A stretch of 35,862 bases of DNA from a virus, in IMG/VR virus record IMGVR_UViG_3300047496_000075, positions 1 to 35,862 of that record; one strand, written 5' to 3'. How positions within the stretch are numbered: the first letter of the stretch is position 1; every line of letters begins with the position of its first letter. Below are positions 1 to 7,978 of the stretch, piece after piece. The notes below the pieces were generated by a model. The model did not search any database, was not told the origin of the DNA, and saw nothing but the letters and a program-made list of their open reading frames with translations. Position numbers and translations under genes: made by a program.

Positions 1-127
1 AAGAAACGCTCATAGAATCAACATCAGCTTCTCTAGGTCTAACTAGATCTGCTGGTTTCTTAGGCTTATAATTTTCTCTTGCCATTTTTTCTCCTGAAAT
101 ATGGGTGGCTTTTACCCCACCCATAAC
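1..127. repeat. Terminal direct repeat, copy 1 (identical to 35736..35862); circular-assembly overlap
   Basis: Read base by base: 1..127 equals 35736..35862. The ORF at the right end continues into the left end. Confidence 0.95.
101..124 (-). terminator. GC-rich hairpin (ATGGGTGG / CCACCCAT), terminator-like; second copy at 35836..35859
   Basis: 8-bp stem and 8-nt loop. On the minus strand it is followed by AUAUUU and lies between the 48-aa ORF and the next gene start. Confidence 0.35.
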
Positions 128-144
128 TTACTTACACAAATAAT

Positions 145-291
145 CTATCTAACTTTGTATGTTTCGTAAAACAACAATCTACGGTCAATTTCTTGATCAC
201 GCTTAGATTTCTTATCAAAATTCGCTGGCTTACCCAAAATAGCATAAGCTATCTTTTTTGCCTTACCAGCTGGCCTAATCATAGCTGCCAT
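145..291 (-). CDS. Small basic hypothetical protein (48 aa, MAAMIRPAGKAKK...)
   Basis: ATG at 291, TAG at 147..145. Found by manual translation; it is below the ORF-track size cutoff. Confidence 0.3.
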   Translation of the reverse strand: MAAMIRPAGKAKKIAYAILGKPANFDKKSKRDQEIDRRLLFYETYKVR

Positions 292-308
292 TTTAATTCC
301 TAATATAA

Positions 309-674
309 TTAAACTTTTTTCGGGTAAAAGTGAGCTTTGCGCTGTGAATCATCATAATCCATTTGTCCATCAACACCACGAATTGTATCTTCAAGTACTT
401 CAGGCATATATGGTCCAGTGCGAGGATACGGCTTAATCATAACCTCTTGTGGAAGGTTAGCGATGGCATGCCAATTCTCATGTATCATGCCTGAATCTTC
501 AAGTTCCTGTCTTCTGCGCGGCTCCATACCTGCGTACATTTCAGCGCTTGTTAATCCATGGCGATACATACCTCTTTCACCGCGATCTCTATCATGCTTC
601 ATTTCATCATTAAAATGATCTGCGTGATGATTGACCGATTTATTACCACTTGAGTAATGTCTTTTCTTTGCCAT
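309..674 (-). CDS. Hypothetical protein, paralog of 35518..35820 (shared PRRR..D..MI.E....NLP motif)
   Basis: 121-aa ORF directly downstream of the portal gene. A 34-aa block aligns with the other copy. Confidence 0.6.
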   Translation of the reverse strand: MAKKRHYSSGNKSVNHHADHFNDEMKHDRDRGERGMYRHGLTSAEMYAGMEPRRRQELEDSGMIHENWHAIANLPQEVMIKPYPRTGPYMPEVLEDTIRGVDGQMDYDDSQRKAHFYPKKV

Positions 675-712
675 TGTTGGCCTTTCGTAGAAACTGCTCC
701 TAAGAGCAAGGG

Positions 713-2737
713 TTACCCTCTATCTACCGCTGCCGAATTGTTCGGAGTTGGCTGAGGTATATTTTGTGGCGCACTAGCCTGTATTTGCGCTTCAGGATTT
801 AGTGCGGCCTCATTAGCTTTTATTAAATGCGATAATTCTATAAGCTTTCGAACAGATGATATATCAATATCTTCGATTTCCTTTAATGCTTTAACCATAT
901 CCAAGAAGCCCGATTCATGATCTTTTATTGCAGCTGCTCTGCGCTCTACTGCCAATGCTTTATTCTCTTCAACCCTACTATAGCGCTCAACACCCAATCC
1001 TTCGTCCGCCGTAGCCCTAGCCTTAGCTAGATCAATGCGTGATTGAAGTTCAGCCATTTGTAATTGTTGTTGTTGTTGTTGCATTTGCTCTTGTTGCTGT
1101 TGTTTCTTTTGGATAACTTCAATGAGCTTCTTCTTATCTTGAATAGTTGCAGCTTCCAATAAGTATTCATCCGGAATGGGAACTCCAGCTTCAGTTCTAA
1201 GTTGTAATACTTGAGCAAAATTCATCTGCTTCTGGGTATCAGTATTTAAACCCTCAGAAACAACAATATTATATTTACCAAAAGCCTTGTTATAAAACTG
1301 CGGCGCTGGCTCTTGGCCTTCTAAAATATTCTTTATCTTTCCTGGAGTGAAGTTAGCTTGAATTAAATCCAGCATTATTTCACCAATAAGCTTCTGTGAT
1401 AAATCCAATTGGTCAAATAATTTCTGTAAAGTAGTAATAGAAGCAGACATTTTCAATGCAGCATGGTATCCAGATAGTGTTTCCTTGTTATCCATAGCAA
1501 GCATTTCATCAGAGACACATGATATTTCCTGTATCTCGCGAGCTAATATATTTGATAGTTCTATTGTTGATTGTGGAATTTGTGGAGATTGTATTTGTTG
1601 AACATCGGTCATATTGGCTTCTGTTTTGATAGATAGAACTCTACCTTGACCAGAAAGATCCCATGCATCCTTTGGATTAACCAGAGAGTTTTCCTTGATA
1701 ATCCAACCAGAGTTGACTTGAGATTCTAAGATATCTAATTCAATTGCCTTGCGTCTATTATATAGGAACTGAGCATCTCTAAGCCCGCGCACAACGCCCT
1801 GTATTCTTTGTGGGAAATACGGCATCTCTGGTGTGTAATAAGTTAATATTGGCACCAAAGGATATCTATCAATTCCCATTGGGTTTCCAGCATCATAGAA
1901 AACTTTGCCTTGAATAACGATAGCGAGTTTCACTGTTGGTATATCTTGTTCTATCATACTCACTTGTGGATAAGTCTTTAAGAATTGCTGTAAGCGCTCA
2001 TCATTATCAACTTTCCAGTCAAATGTCTCACCAGTCTCAGCGTCTACCAACATCTTTTGTTTTCTAAAATCTCTATACCAGTAGTTGTCATAAGTTAGTA
2101 GATTATTGTAGGAGTAGGAGTAGCTTTCAGGCATGAATTGGAACTTACCATCTCTAGCCATGCCGCTATCATTACCCTGTAATCCCAGTATTTCATCAGT
2201 TCTATCCGGCATTAAAGATATAATTTCCTTTTTTGTTAAGAAACTACGCTTCCAGATAAAATTACAATCTGACATATCAGCTTTTCTAAAATATGGATCT
2301 ACCAGAAAGCCATTATATGGAACTTTGTCGGCCCTAATGTTTCCATTAACTGGATCATTTCTATAATCCATCCATAATTCAACAAAGCTCATTCCAGTGA
2401 TTAATGAACTCTCAAAGGCATCAGATATTGTATGGAGTATATTATCGCGCTCGCAGGCCCACATCAATACTTTTGTTAATTGATCAGAGGTTTCATTGTC
2501 AGCATTTTCTCTAGGAGTAGTAGTAATAGACTTTCTATTTTTGCGCTGATGTCCAGTCATAACATTTATATTACGGCGGATACGATTGAATCCAAATTGC
2601 CTGCGTCTATTGGCTGGAAGATTGCCATAAAGATCATTCCATAGTGTTTGATCTCCACTATAGAATCTTAAATCAGTATCGGCCTCAGACCAATAAGATT
2701 GATTGATTGTTATACCCTCAGCGTATGCAGCTTCCAT
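713..2737 (-). CDS. Portal protein (putative)
   Basis: 674-aa ORF just downstream of terL on the same strand. It has a coiled-coil, poly-Q C-terminal region. The frame stays open upstream to an AAGGAG (2811..2806) plus an in-frame ATT (2800). Confidence 0.65.
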   Translation of the reverse strand: MEAAYAEGITINQSYWSEADTDLRFYSGDQTLWNDLYGNLPANRRRQFGFNRIRRNINVMTGHQRKNRKSITTTPRENADNETSDQLTKVLMWACERDNILHTISDAFESSLITGMSFVELWMDYRNDPVNGNIRADKVPYNGFLVDPYFRKADMSDCNFIWKRSFLTKKEIISLMPDRTDEILGLQGNDSGMARDGKFQFMPESYSYSYNNLLTYDNYWYRDFRKQKMLVDAETGETFDWKVDNDERLQQFLKTYPQVSMIEQDIPTVKLAIVIQGKVFYDAGNPMGIDRYPLVPILTYYTPEMPYFPQRIQGVVRGLRDAQFLYNRRKAIELDILESQVNSGWIIKENSLVNPKDAWDLSGQGRVLSIKTEANMTDVQQIQSPQIPQSTIELSNILAREIQEISCVSDEMLAMDNKETLSGYHAALKMSASITTLQKLFDQLDLSQKLIGEIMLDLIQANFTPGKIKNILEGQEPAPQFYNKAFGKYNIVVSEGLNTDTQKQMNFAQVLQLRTEAGVPIPDEYLLEAATIQDKKKLIEVIQKKQQQQEQMQQQQQQLQMAELQSRIDLAKARATADEGLGVERYSRVEENKALAVERRAAAIKDHESGFLDMVKALKEIEDIDISSVRKLIELSHLIKANEAALNPEAQIQASAPQNIPQPTPNNSAAVDRG

Positions 2738-2873
2738 GCGTGCTAGTAGGGGTTTATCGCGCTCTGAATAGTATGTTGGGCCTAGGGCTGGGAATATAAT
2801 ACTCTCTCCTTCACTAGTTACATTTTTTATCTAGTCTAGGACTACAAAGATATCATATCAAGAAGATTATATT

Positions 2874-3089
2874 TTAACACCCACAAAAGCAGCCTAAGCA
2901 AAGGCCCATTATTTCATTTTCATCAAAGAATATAAAAGTAGCTAAATTACTACAACAAAGACAGGTAACTAAATTCTCATCCTCGATATAAAAATCATCA
3001 ATCACAACATCTTCGTCATAATCATAGTGAAAAGATATTGTATTGGAAATATTTAACAACAAAAGAGATAGTAAAAGTTTTTTAAACAT
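2874..3089 (-). CDS. Small protein with hydrophobic N-terminus and Cys-rich C-terminus
   Basis: 71-aa ORF with MFKKLLLSLLLLNI leader and a ...CLCCSN...CLGCFCGC tail. Confidence 0.4.
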   Translation of the reverse strand: MFKKLLLSLLLLNISNTISFHYDYDEDVVIDDFYIEDENLVTCLCCSNLATFIFFDENEIMGLCLGCFCGC

Positions 3090-3152
3090 AAATCACCTGT
3101 AAAGATATAGATTAACATATATATTTTATCTATTTTTACAGATATAATCCAT

Positions 3153-3320
3153 CTATTTTTTATAACTTTCTAAACATATTTGTTGCCATTTATAAACGCG
3201 CATTTTTCTAAGTTGTTTTTGGGTCATTTTAAGATATTGCTTGATTAGTATTCTAAGTTCTTCTTGGTTTTCTTCAAGCTGTCTAATTTGATGTTCAATT
3301 CGCTCATGGCTCGTCATCAT
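3153..3320 (-). CDS. Small coiled-coil hypothetical protein (55 aa)
   Basis: ATG overlaps the TGA of the upstream ORF (ATGA at 3320..3317). Manual translation gives MMTSHERIEHQIRQLEENQEEL... Confidence 0.4.
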   Translation of the reverse strand: MMTSHERIEHQIRQLEENQEELRILIKQYLKMTQKQLRKMRVYKWQQICLESYKK

Positions 3321-3529
3321 GATACTATCTCCTCTTTATTATTTCTAATATTCTCTTGAATAGTAACTAAATCGTTTAAGAAGTGCTTATACTGTTCATC
3401 ATCAAGCATCTTCTTCATTATCTTTTTGTAGTCACTAATAGTCATACTCACCCTAGTAATAGTTTTTGGATTTTTACTATGTGCGCCTGTAGTTTCAAAT
3501 AATATAGAATGCTGAATGAATTTAGACAT
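3317..3529 (-). CDS. Hypothetical protein (70 aa)
   Basis: ORF track; same strand as the flanking late genes. Confidence 0.5.
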   Translation of the reverse strand: MSKFIQHSILFETTGAHSKNPKTITRVSMTISDYKKIMKKMLDDEQYKHFLNDLVTIQENIRNNKEEIVS

Positions 3530-3642
3530 ATTTACCTTATTACATAAAAATTTGCTAGTATAATGATTCTTATTTTCAAAATTACTACATTATGAAAACA
3601 ATGTATTTACTTATTTTTATTTTTGGAGATAAGGTTAATATA

Positions 3643-3702
3643 ATCACGAATGAGGACAGAAAGATATAAGACAGTAGGGAAGAGAAGAACCTCATTCGTG
3701 AT
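3643..3702. other. Perfect 13-bp inverted repeat (ATCACGAATGAGG ... CCTCATTCGTGAT) with a 34-nt loop
   Basis: Read directly; lies in the intergenic region just downstream of terL. Confidence 0.5.
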
Positions 3703-3736
3703 CATACATAGATAACCAATGTGAGTATATAATTAA

Positions 3737-5905
3737 TTAGTAATTTGGTAAATCATTTCTAAAGAACTGTGGCATATTTTGTTCGCCATAAATAGCCTCT
3801 CTCTTCATCTTATCAAAATCATTTGATGACATAGAATCTTTTGTCTTAGGTAAAGCTATACATAAGTATCTCATTGCGTCACTATTGCTAACAATTGCGC
3901 CATTTGCTAAAGAAAAATGTCCAGATATTGGCACATTAATACACCACACTTCATGCATTCCCTCTAGTTTTTCTATTTTTTCTACCATAAGATGCTTTGC
4001 AGTTTGGGTGGCAGAACTTTTGGGAATTATTTTTTCTTTGCAAAAGCATAGCTTGCTTTCCACAGAACAAACATTCTCCAATGATTCTAATTTGTTTTTC
4101 CCAACTTTTAATTCGGATTGCATGTTCACTGTGCCATCTTCTTCCAGCTTCACTTCCATGCCATTTAATAGCGGCCTCTCTTGCCTTTTGGCTGAATCCC
4201 TTGTTATTTGGTTTAGGCATTTTTCTATGCTCTCTGGCAGGAAAGCAAACAAGGTTTGAAAGCTTGTTGTTATCTGTGTTACTATCTTTGTGATGAATGT
4301 GGCAATCTGTCGGAATATTACCATAGGCTGAACTCCAGACTTCACGGTGTAACCTTGATCCGAAAGTTCTGTTATAGTATTTTGTTCCTCGATTTTTATA
4401 TATTTTGTTATTAAATGTTTGCGTTGAAACATGTTCGACGATAGGATCTGCGATCCGGATTTCAGGTTCTCTGCAGATATCCATCCTGACTCCGTCAAGA
4501 ATAAATGATCCGGCGTACATCTCACTTTTACACCATCTACAAAAACCACCTGAACTAAGTTCGCATTCTTTCTCATGCTCTTTGAGCCTATGCACTTTTC
4601 CCATCCATTCGCAGTAAGAATCTCTTCATTATCCCTAATACTTATTATAGGACGCATCCCGCTACGCGTCAATACCATTGTATCATGGGCAAAGCAAAAA
4701 TGGCTAAATTTATCGTGTAGTGGATGCGGCTTGTATATTTGTTTTTTGGAATCCCATTCTTGCCTATAGTTTTCAAGAGCCTTGATTAATGGCTTGCAAT
4801 TGTTTTTGTCTATCCAGACTTTATCTAGAGTGGATCTAACAGCCTCAATTCCGTCCACTATTGAAAGATCTGGCGCTATTGTGAAGTCTATGCCTAACTG
4901 CCTAGCTTTCTCAATCCTGGTCAGTCCTGATCCCCATTCTTGAACCTTTACGTCATGTGGTGCTATGAATTTACCATAAAGGTAAGGTTTATTGCGAATT
5001 ACTTGTACATAGTGCTCAAGTCCAACTTTAGAATTCTCATATGTATCAATTATTCTTATTGTTTGACCTATATTCTGAAAGAATATAAGACATGTCGAAT
5101 CTCTCACACCGATATCTATAGCCACATGAACTTTAAACGCTGACTCCCAGTTAACATCTCCAATTTGATTTTTAACTCGCATTTTATCGATATATTTAGC
5201 ATAATATGCACCTTCAACACCCATATCAAAACTGGTATAAAACTCCTGCATAGCAAAGTCTTCAGATATTAGACCCTCAGATATCTCTTTTTGTATTTGA
5301 TGTGGTGTTATATGATCTGTGTCTAGAATTGTTAATTTAGATGCGAACCAATTCTCTGGATTATTAATTGCTATTTGATAGAGCTCCCATAAATGATTCT
5401 TGCCACGAGGCGTTGAAATAAACAATGACCAACCATCATTGCCAAGTAGAATAGGGCGTAGGAATTTATATGCTTGTGGATCTTGTAAGGCATACTCAGA
5501 GAATATAATCCCAATTGGATTAGAACCCATAAGTGAATCTATGTTATCACTCCCGACCAATTGGATTAAAGATCCATTGGTTAATGTGATTTTCATTTGT
5601 TGACTATTAGATGATTGTATTAATTCTTGTGGAATGTAATCAAGAAATCTCACACCTTCAGTTGTAATGGAATCCCATATTACTTTGCGAGCTTGAGAAT
5701 ATTCTGGGAAGACATAATAATATACACCTATCTTGCGTAGAGCTTGCCTTAATAATAGATTAAAAGCACAAACGTCTTTGCCTGCTCTGCGGGGCCAAAT
5801 ACACAGTAGGCGCTTATATTTACCAGATTCTAATGCATGACAAAGTGGGAGCTGGTATGGCCTTGGATGGAAGCGATTAAGATGTATTTTTGTTTCAATC
5901 TTCAT
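3737..5905 (-). CDS. terL: Terminase large subunit, intein-containing precursor (722 aa; 451 aa after splicing)
   Basis: Walker A-like PRRAGKD and Walker B-like IGIIFSEY. The nuclease-domain motif HDKFSHF|SDAMRYL is restored when aa 404-674 are removed. Confidence 0.88.
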   Translation of the reverse strand: MKIETKIHLNRFHPRPYQLPLCHALESGKYKRLLCIWPRRAGKDVCAFNLLLRQALRKIGVYYYVFPEYSQARKVIWDSITTEGVRFLDYIPQELIQSSNSQQMKITLTNGSLIQLVGSDNIDSLMGSNPIGIIFSEYALQDPQAYKFLRPILLGNDGWSLFISTPRGKNHLWELYQIAINNPENWFASKLTILDTDHITPHQIQKEISEGLISEDFAMQEFYTSFDMGVEGAYYAKYIDKMRVKNQIGDVNWESAFKVHVAIDIGVRDSTCLIFFQNIGQTIRIIDTYENSKVGLEHYVQVIRNKPYLYGKFIAPHDVKVQEWGSGLTRIEKARQLGIDFTIAPDLSIVDGIEAVRSTLDKVWIDKNNCKPLIKALENYRQEWDSKKQIYKPHPLHDKFSHFCFAHDTMVLTRSGMRPIISIRDNEEILTANGWEKCIGSKSMRKNANLVQVVFVDGVKVRCTPDHLFLTESGWISAENLKSGSQILSSNMFQRKHLITKYIKIEEQNTITELSDQGYTVKSGVQPMVIFRQIATFITKIVTQITTSFQTLFAFLPESIEKCLNQITRDSAKRQERPLLNGMEVKLEEDGTVNMQSELKVGKNKLESLENVCSVESKLCFCKEKIIPKSSATQTAKHLMVEKIEKLEGMHEVWCINVPISGHFSLANGAIVSNSDAMRYLCIALPKTKDSMSSNDFDKMKREAIYGEQNMPQFFRNDLPNY
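3884..4696 (-). mobile_element. Intein in terL (Cys404..Asn674, +1 Ser675)
   Basis: Block A CFAHDTMVLT, block B CTPDHLFLT, blocks F/G VWCINVPISGHFSLANGAIVSN|S. Codon positions were checked against the nucleotides. Confidence 0.8.
3951..4604 (-). CDS. HNH homing endonuclease, nested inside the intein but in a different frame from terL
   Basis: LHREVW..GNIPTDCHIHHKDSNTDNNKLSNLVCFPAREH forms the H-N-H core. The C-terminus has CLFCGK...FCHPNC zinc-ribbon-like Cys pairs. The frame offset from terL is 2. The true start may be internal (M29). Confidence 0.72.
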   Translation of the reverse strand: MGKVHRLKEHEKECELSSGGFCRWCKSEMYAGSFILDGVRMDICREPEIRIADPIVEHVSTQTFNNKIYKNRGTKYYNRTFGSRLHREVWSSAYGNIPTDCHIHHKDSNTDNNKLSNLVCFPAREHRKMPKPNNKGFSQKAREAAIKWHGSEAGRRWHSEHAIRIKSWEKQIRIIGECLFCGKQAMLLQRKNNSQKFCHPNCKASYGRKNRKTRGNA

Positions 5906-6153
5906 TTATCATCGCATTTATAATGATTACAAAGTTTAATCTGATAAGTTATATCCCTAATATAATCTACAAAATCCGTATATTTTACATAAAGCATTGA
6001 TTTATGACAACCAATACACATCTTACTTAATAGATATTTTATTAATTCTTCTTGAAACTCAATCTCAGTCCTAAAATAGAATTCCTCGGGAAAGGCGCAG
6101 ATATCAAATCTATCCATATCAATAACTGGATGGATCTTGGTTTCAATCTTCAT
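5902..6153 (-). CDS. Hypothetical protein (83 aa) starting MKIETKIH, the same 8 aa as TerL
   Basis: Its stop overlaps the terL ATG (ATGA). The N-terminal 8 aa match TerL despite 3 synonymous differences. Confidence 0.5.
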   Translation of the reverse strand: MKIETKIHPVIDMDRFDICAFPEEFYFRTEIEFQEELIKYLLSKMCIGCHKSMLYVKYTDFVDYIRDITYQIKLCNHYKCDDK

Positions 6154-6355
6154 GTATAGATATCCTAGAAATATATTGGCCTAAGGATTTATATAATCTT
6201 GTTAGACATGTAGTCAACTTATCATCATGATCTAGGAAATTTCTAGTGCATTTATATGAATTAAATATTTTAGCGATTCGCATAGGTCTTTTAAATTCTT
6301 CAAAATATAAAAACTCTAATTCTATTTCACACGTGCGACAAAAATTTCTTTCCAA
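6143..6355 (-). CDS. Hypothetical protein (70 aa, CxxC near N-terminus)
   Basis: ORF track; overlaps the next gene by 11 nt. Confidence 0.45.
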   Translation of the reverse strand: MERNFCRTCEIELEFLYFEEFKRPMRIAKIFNSYKCTRNFLDHDDKLTTCLTRLYKSLGQYISRISIHED

Positions 6356-6394
6356 TGCGCTTTCTTTCTTTAAGATGTATCTTTGTTTTGATCT

Positions 6395-6616
6395 TCATTC
6401 ATATCGCCTATAGCAACTATAATCAAAATCTTCTTCATATGCCCAGAGTTCAACTTCTTCAGAATCATACTCACAATTACTATCATATCTCTCAATATAG
6501 AAACATCCATGAGAATAGTATCCGTATCTATATAAATACTCATTGAATTGAATAAACATAAGCATTTTATGTTTATCTGGCTTTACTTCAGAAAGCTTGT
6601 TCCACTTCATATACAT
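6395..6616 (-). CDS. Hypothetical protein, DUF551-like N-terminus (MKWNKLSEVKPDKHK...)
   Basis: W-x-x-(L/F)-x-x-x-x-P pattern followed by a hydrophobic strand. A similar N-terminus occurs at 12570. Confidence 0.45.
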   Translation of the reverse strand: MYMKWNKLSEVKPDKHKMLMFIQFNEYLYRYGYYSHGCFYIERYDSNCEYDSEEVELWAYEEDFDYSCYRRYE

Positions 6617-6623
6617 CCTTGTT

Positions 6624-6674
6624 TTAATCTTTATTATTACTTGCCCAATGAATTAATATTGTTTCAATTTTCAT
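6624..6674 (-). pseudogene. 16-codon stub MKIETILIHWASNNKD, third copy of the MKIET start motif
   Basis: ATGAAAATTGAAAC at 6674..6661. Preceded by a 25-codon ORF ending in an ATGA overlap. Confidence 0.3.
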
Positions 6675-7010
6675 TCCACTATCTCAAGGCAACAAAAAGA
6701 TTTATCGGGAAATTCACTTGGTTTATGTCGCCCCAAAACTTCATCCATAATCCAATGGTAACATTTAACACACGATTCAAATATATCGCATTTTATATTT
6801 ATTTTTTTTTCTATATTAATAATTATCTCCTATCTTCTTCTCCAGCCATTTTTCCACATTAAATATAATAAAATCGGGGAGCAAAATATCAACATTAAAC
6901 AAAATTGATCATTATTCATATTATATCCTATTAAACTCGGAGGTATTTACTACTCCTAGTAGTCTCCTAGTTACTTTTATTATCTTACGTCATGCTCTGC
7001 GCAAAATAAT

Positions 7011-7032
7011 TTAACTAATAACTATTAGTTAA
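7011..7032 (-). terminator. AT-rich 10-bp perfect palindrome (TTAACTAATA ac TATTAGTTAA) after the 65-aa gene
   Basis: Read directly. On the minus strand it is followed by AUUAUUUU. Confidence 0.3.
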
Positions 7033-7033
7033 A

Positions 7034-7231
7034 TTATGAGAAATGATAAAAAATCATACAGGAATAACTATCTTCAGAGCCAGCATAATGTATTGAATCT
7101 ATTTTTTTATATTTGTATCCATAACATGAGCCGTCATCTCTTAAAAGTTCCCTATATGTATCTTTTAAGAACTCGGCGATCATATTTTCTAAAGACTTGC
7201 TATCGCTATGTGTAAAAATTTTAACTTCCAT
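7034..7231 (-). CDS. Hypothetical protein (65 aa)
   Basis: ORF track. Confidence 0.5.
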   Translation of the reverse strand: MEVKIFTHSDSKSLENMIAEFLKDTYRELLRDDGSCYGYKYKKIDSIHYAGSEDSYSCMIFYHFS

Positions 7232-7258
7232 ATAATTTCCTAATATAAAATTGGTTAT

Positions 7259-7444
7259 CTATTTATCTTTCTTAACAACATGCGCAGTATATTTAGAGCC
7301 ATCACCAAAAGATCTACTTAATGCCTCAGCGGTTAGTTGAGCAAAACAATTAAAACATACATCCGAATTTTTATTAGTTGGAATTAATTGTTCTGAAGCG
7401 TCATTACATCTAGGACAAGTCATATTATATCCTATTAACAACAC
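7259..7444 (-). CDS. Small zinc-ribbon protein (CPRC...CFNC)
   Basis: 61-aa ORF with two CxxC pairs. Confidence 0.5.
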   Translation of the reverse strand: MLLIGYNMTCPRCNDASEQLIPTNKNSDVCFNCFAQLTAEALSRSFGDGSKYTAHVVKKDK

Positions 7445-7655
7445 TTTTTAAATTACCATCAATCTTTCTTTGCCTTAAAGAGCATGAATTACAACTTTTA
7501 GTGCGCTCGGTCTTTAATAATGATTGAGTTCTCCATCCAGTTCTACCACATTCACATTTAACAGGATAACTAAATTGAGATCGCTCCCATCGAGGATCTC
7601 CAGTTATAATCCATTTACCAAACTTATCACCAATGTTATAAATTGCATCAGGCAT
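7425..7655 (-). CDS. Small Cys-rich protein (C-x-C ... C-x-x-C)
   Basis: 76-aa ORF containing VKCECGRTGW...SCNSCS. Confidence 0.5.
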   Translation of the reverse strand: MPDAIYNIGDKFGKWIITGDPRWERSQFSYPVKCECGRTGWRTQSLLKTERTKSCNSCSLRQRKIDGNLKSVVNRI

Positions 7656-7978
7656 TATTTTCCCTTAAAGAATTCGTATTTATCACATCCACAATCATCT
7701 GTCATTGTAAGTGTGATATTATTATGGAATTTCTTGTTAATTTGTTGAGCAACCCTAACGGCCATATCAAATGATTTATATTTTGTATGCGCAGTGATAA
7801 TTAATCCACTAAAATCAATATAAGAGTGATTAAATAAGTCCAGATTGCCATCGAATAACTCATCTATACAATTCTTGCGTATATATTTAAGCATATCTTC
7901 AAGTTCAATAGACTTAAGAGCTTTAGCATTCCACAAATCTATAATGAAATTAAATTGAGATCTTTTAGCTTCGCACAT
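7655..7978 (-). CDS. Hypothetical protein, tandem paralog of 7978..8460
   Basis: FNFIIDLWNAKALKSIELEDMLKYI aligns with HYFIIDNFNWKSGKGINLNEIIDFI. ATGA-type overlaps with its neighbours. Confidence 0.55.
   Translation of the reverse strand: MCEAKRSQFNFIIDLWNAKALKSIELEDMLKYIRKNCIDELFDGNLDLFNHSYIDFSGLIITAHTKYKSFDMAVRVAQQINKKFHNNITLTMTDDCGCDKYEFFKGK

Noticed and set aside
1-127. Terminal repeat as genuine phage direct terminal repeats
   Set aside because: The length is exactly 127 nt, typical of an assembler k-mer overlap, and an ORF runs through it. I treat it as circularisation evidence only.
1040-1100. CAA/CAG (ttg on the plus strand) simple repeat in the portal gene
   Set aside because: It encodes an in-frame poly-Q stretch (QQQQEQMQQQQQQLQ) in a coiled-coil region. 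This is low-complexity coding sequence, not a separate element.
3885-4293. Plus-strand ORFs 3885..4259 and 3997..4293 inside the intein region
   Set aside because: They have no motifs and no ribosome-binding sites, and probably result from locally lower AT content. I note them because they weaken the stop-depletion argument for dual coding.
6548-6862. Plus-strand 104-aa ORF
   Set aside because: It lies in a region of decayed minus-strand ORF remnants and has a hydrophobic, low-complexity translation with no start context.
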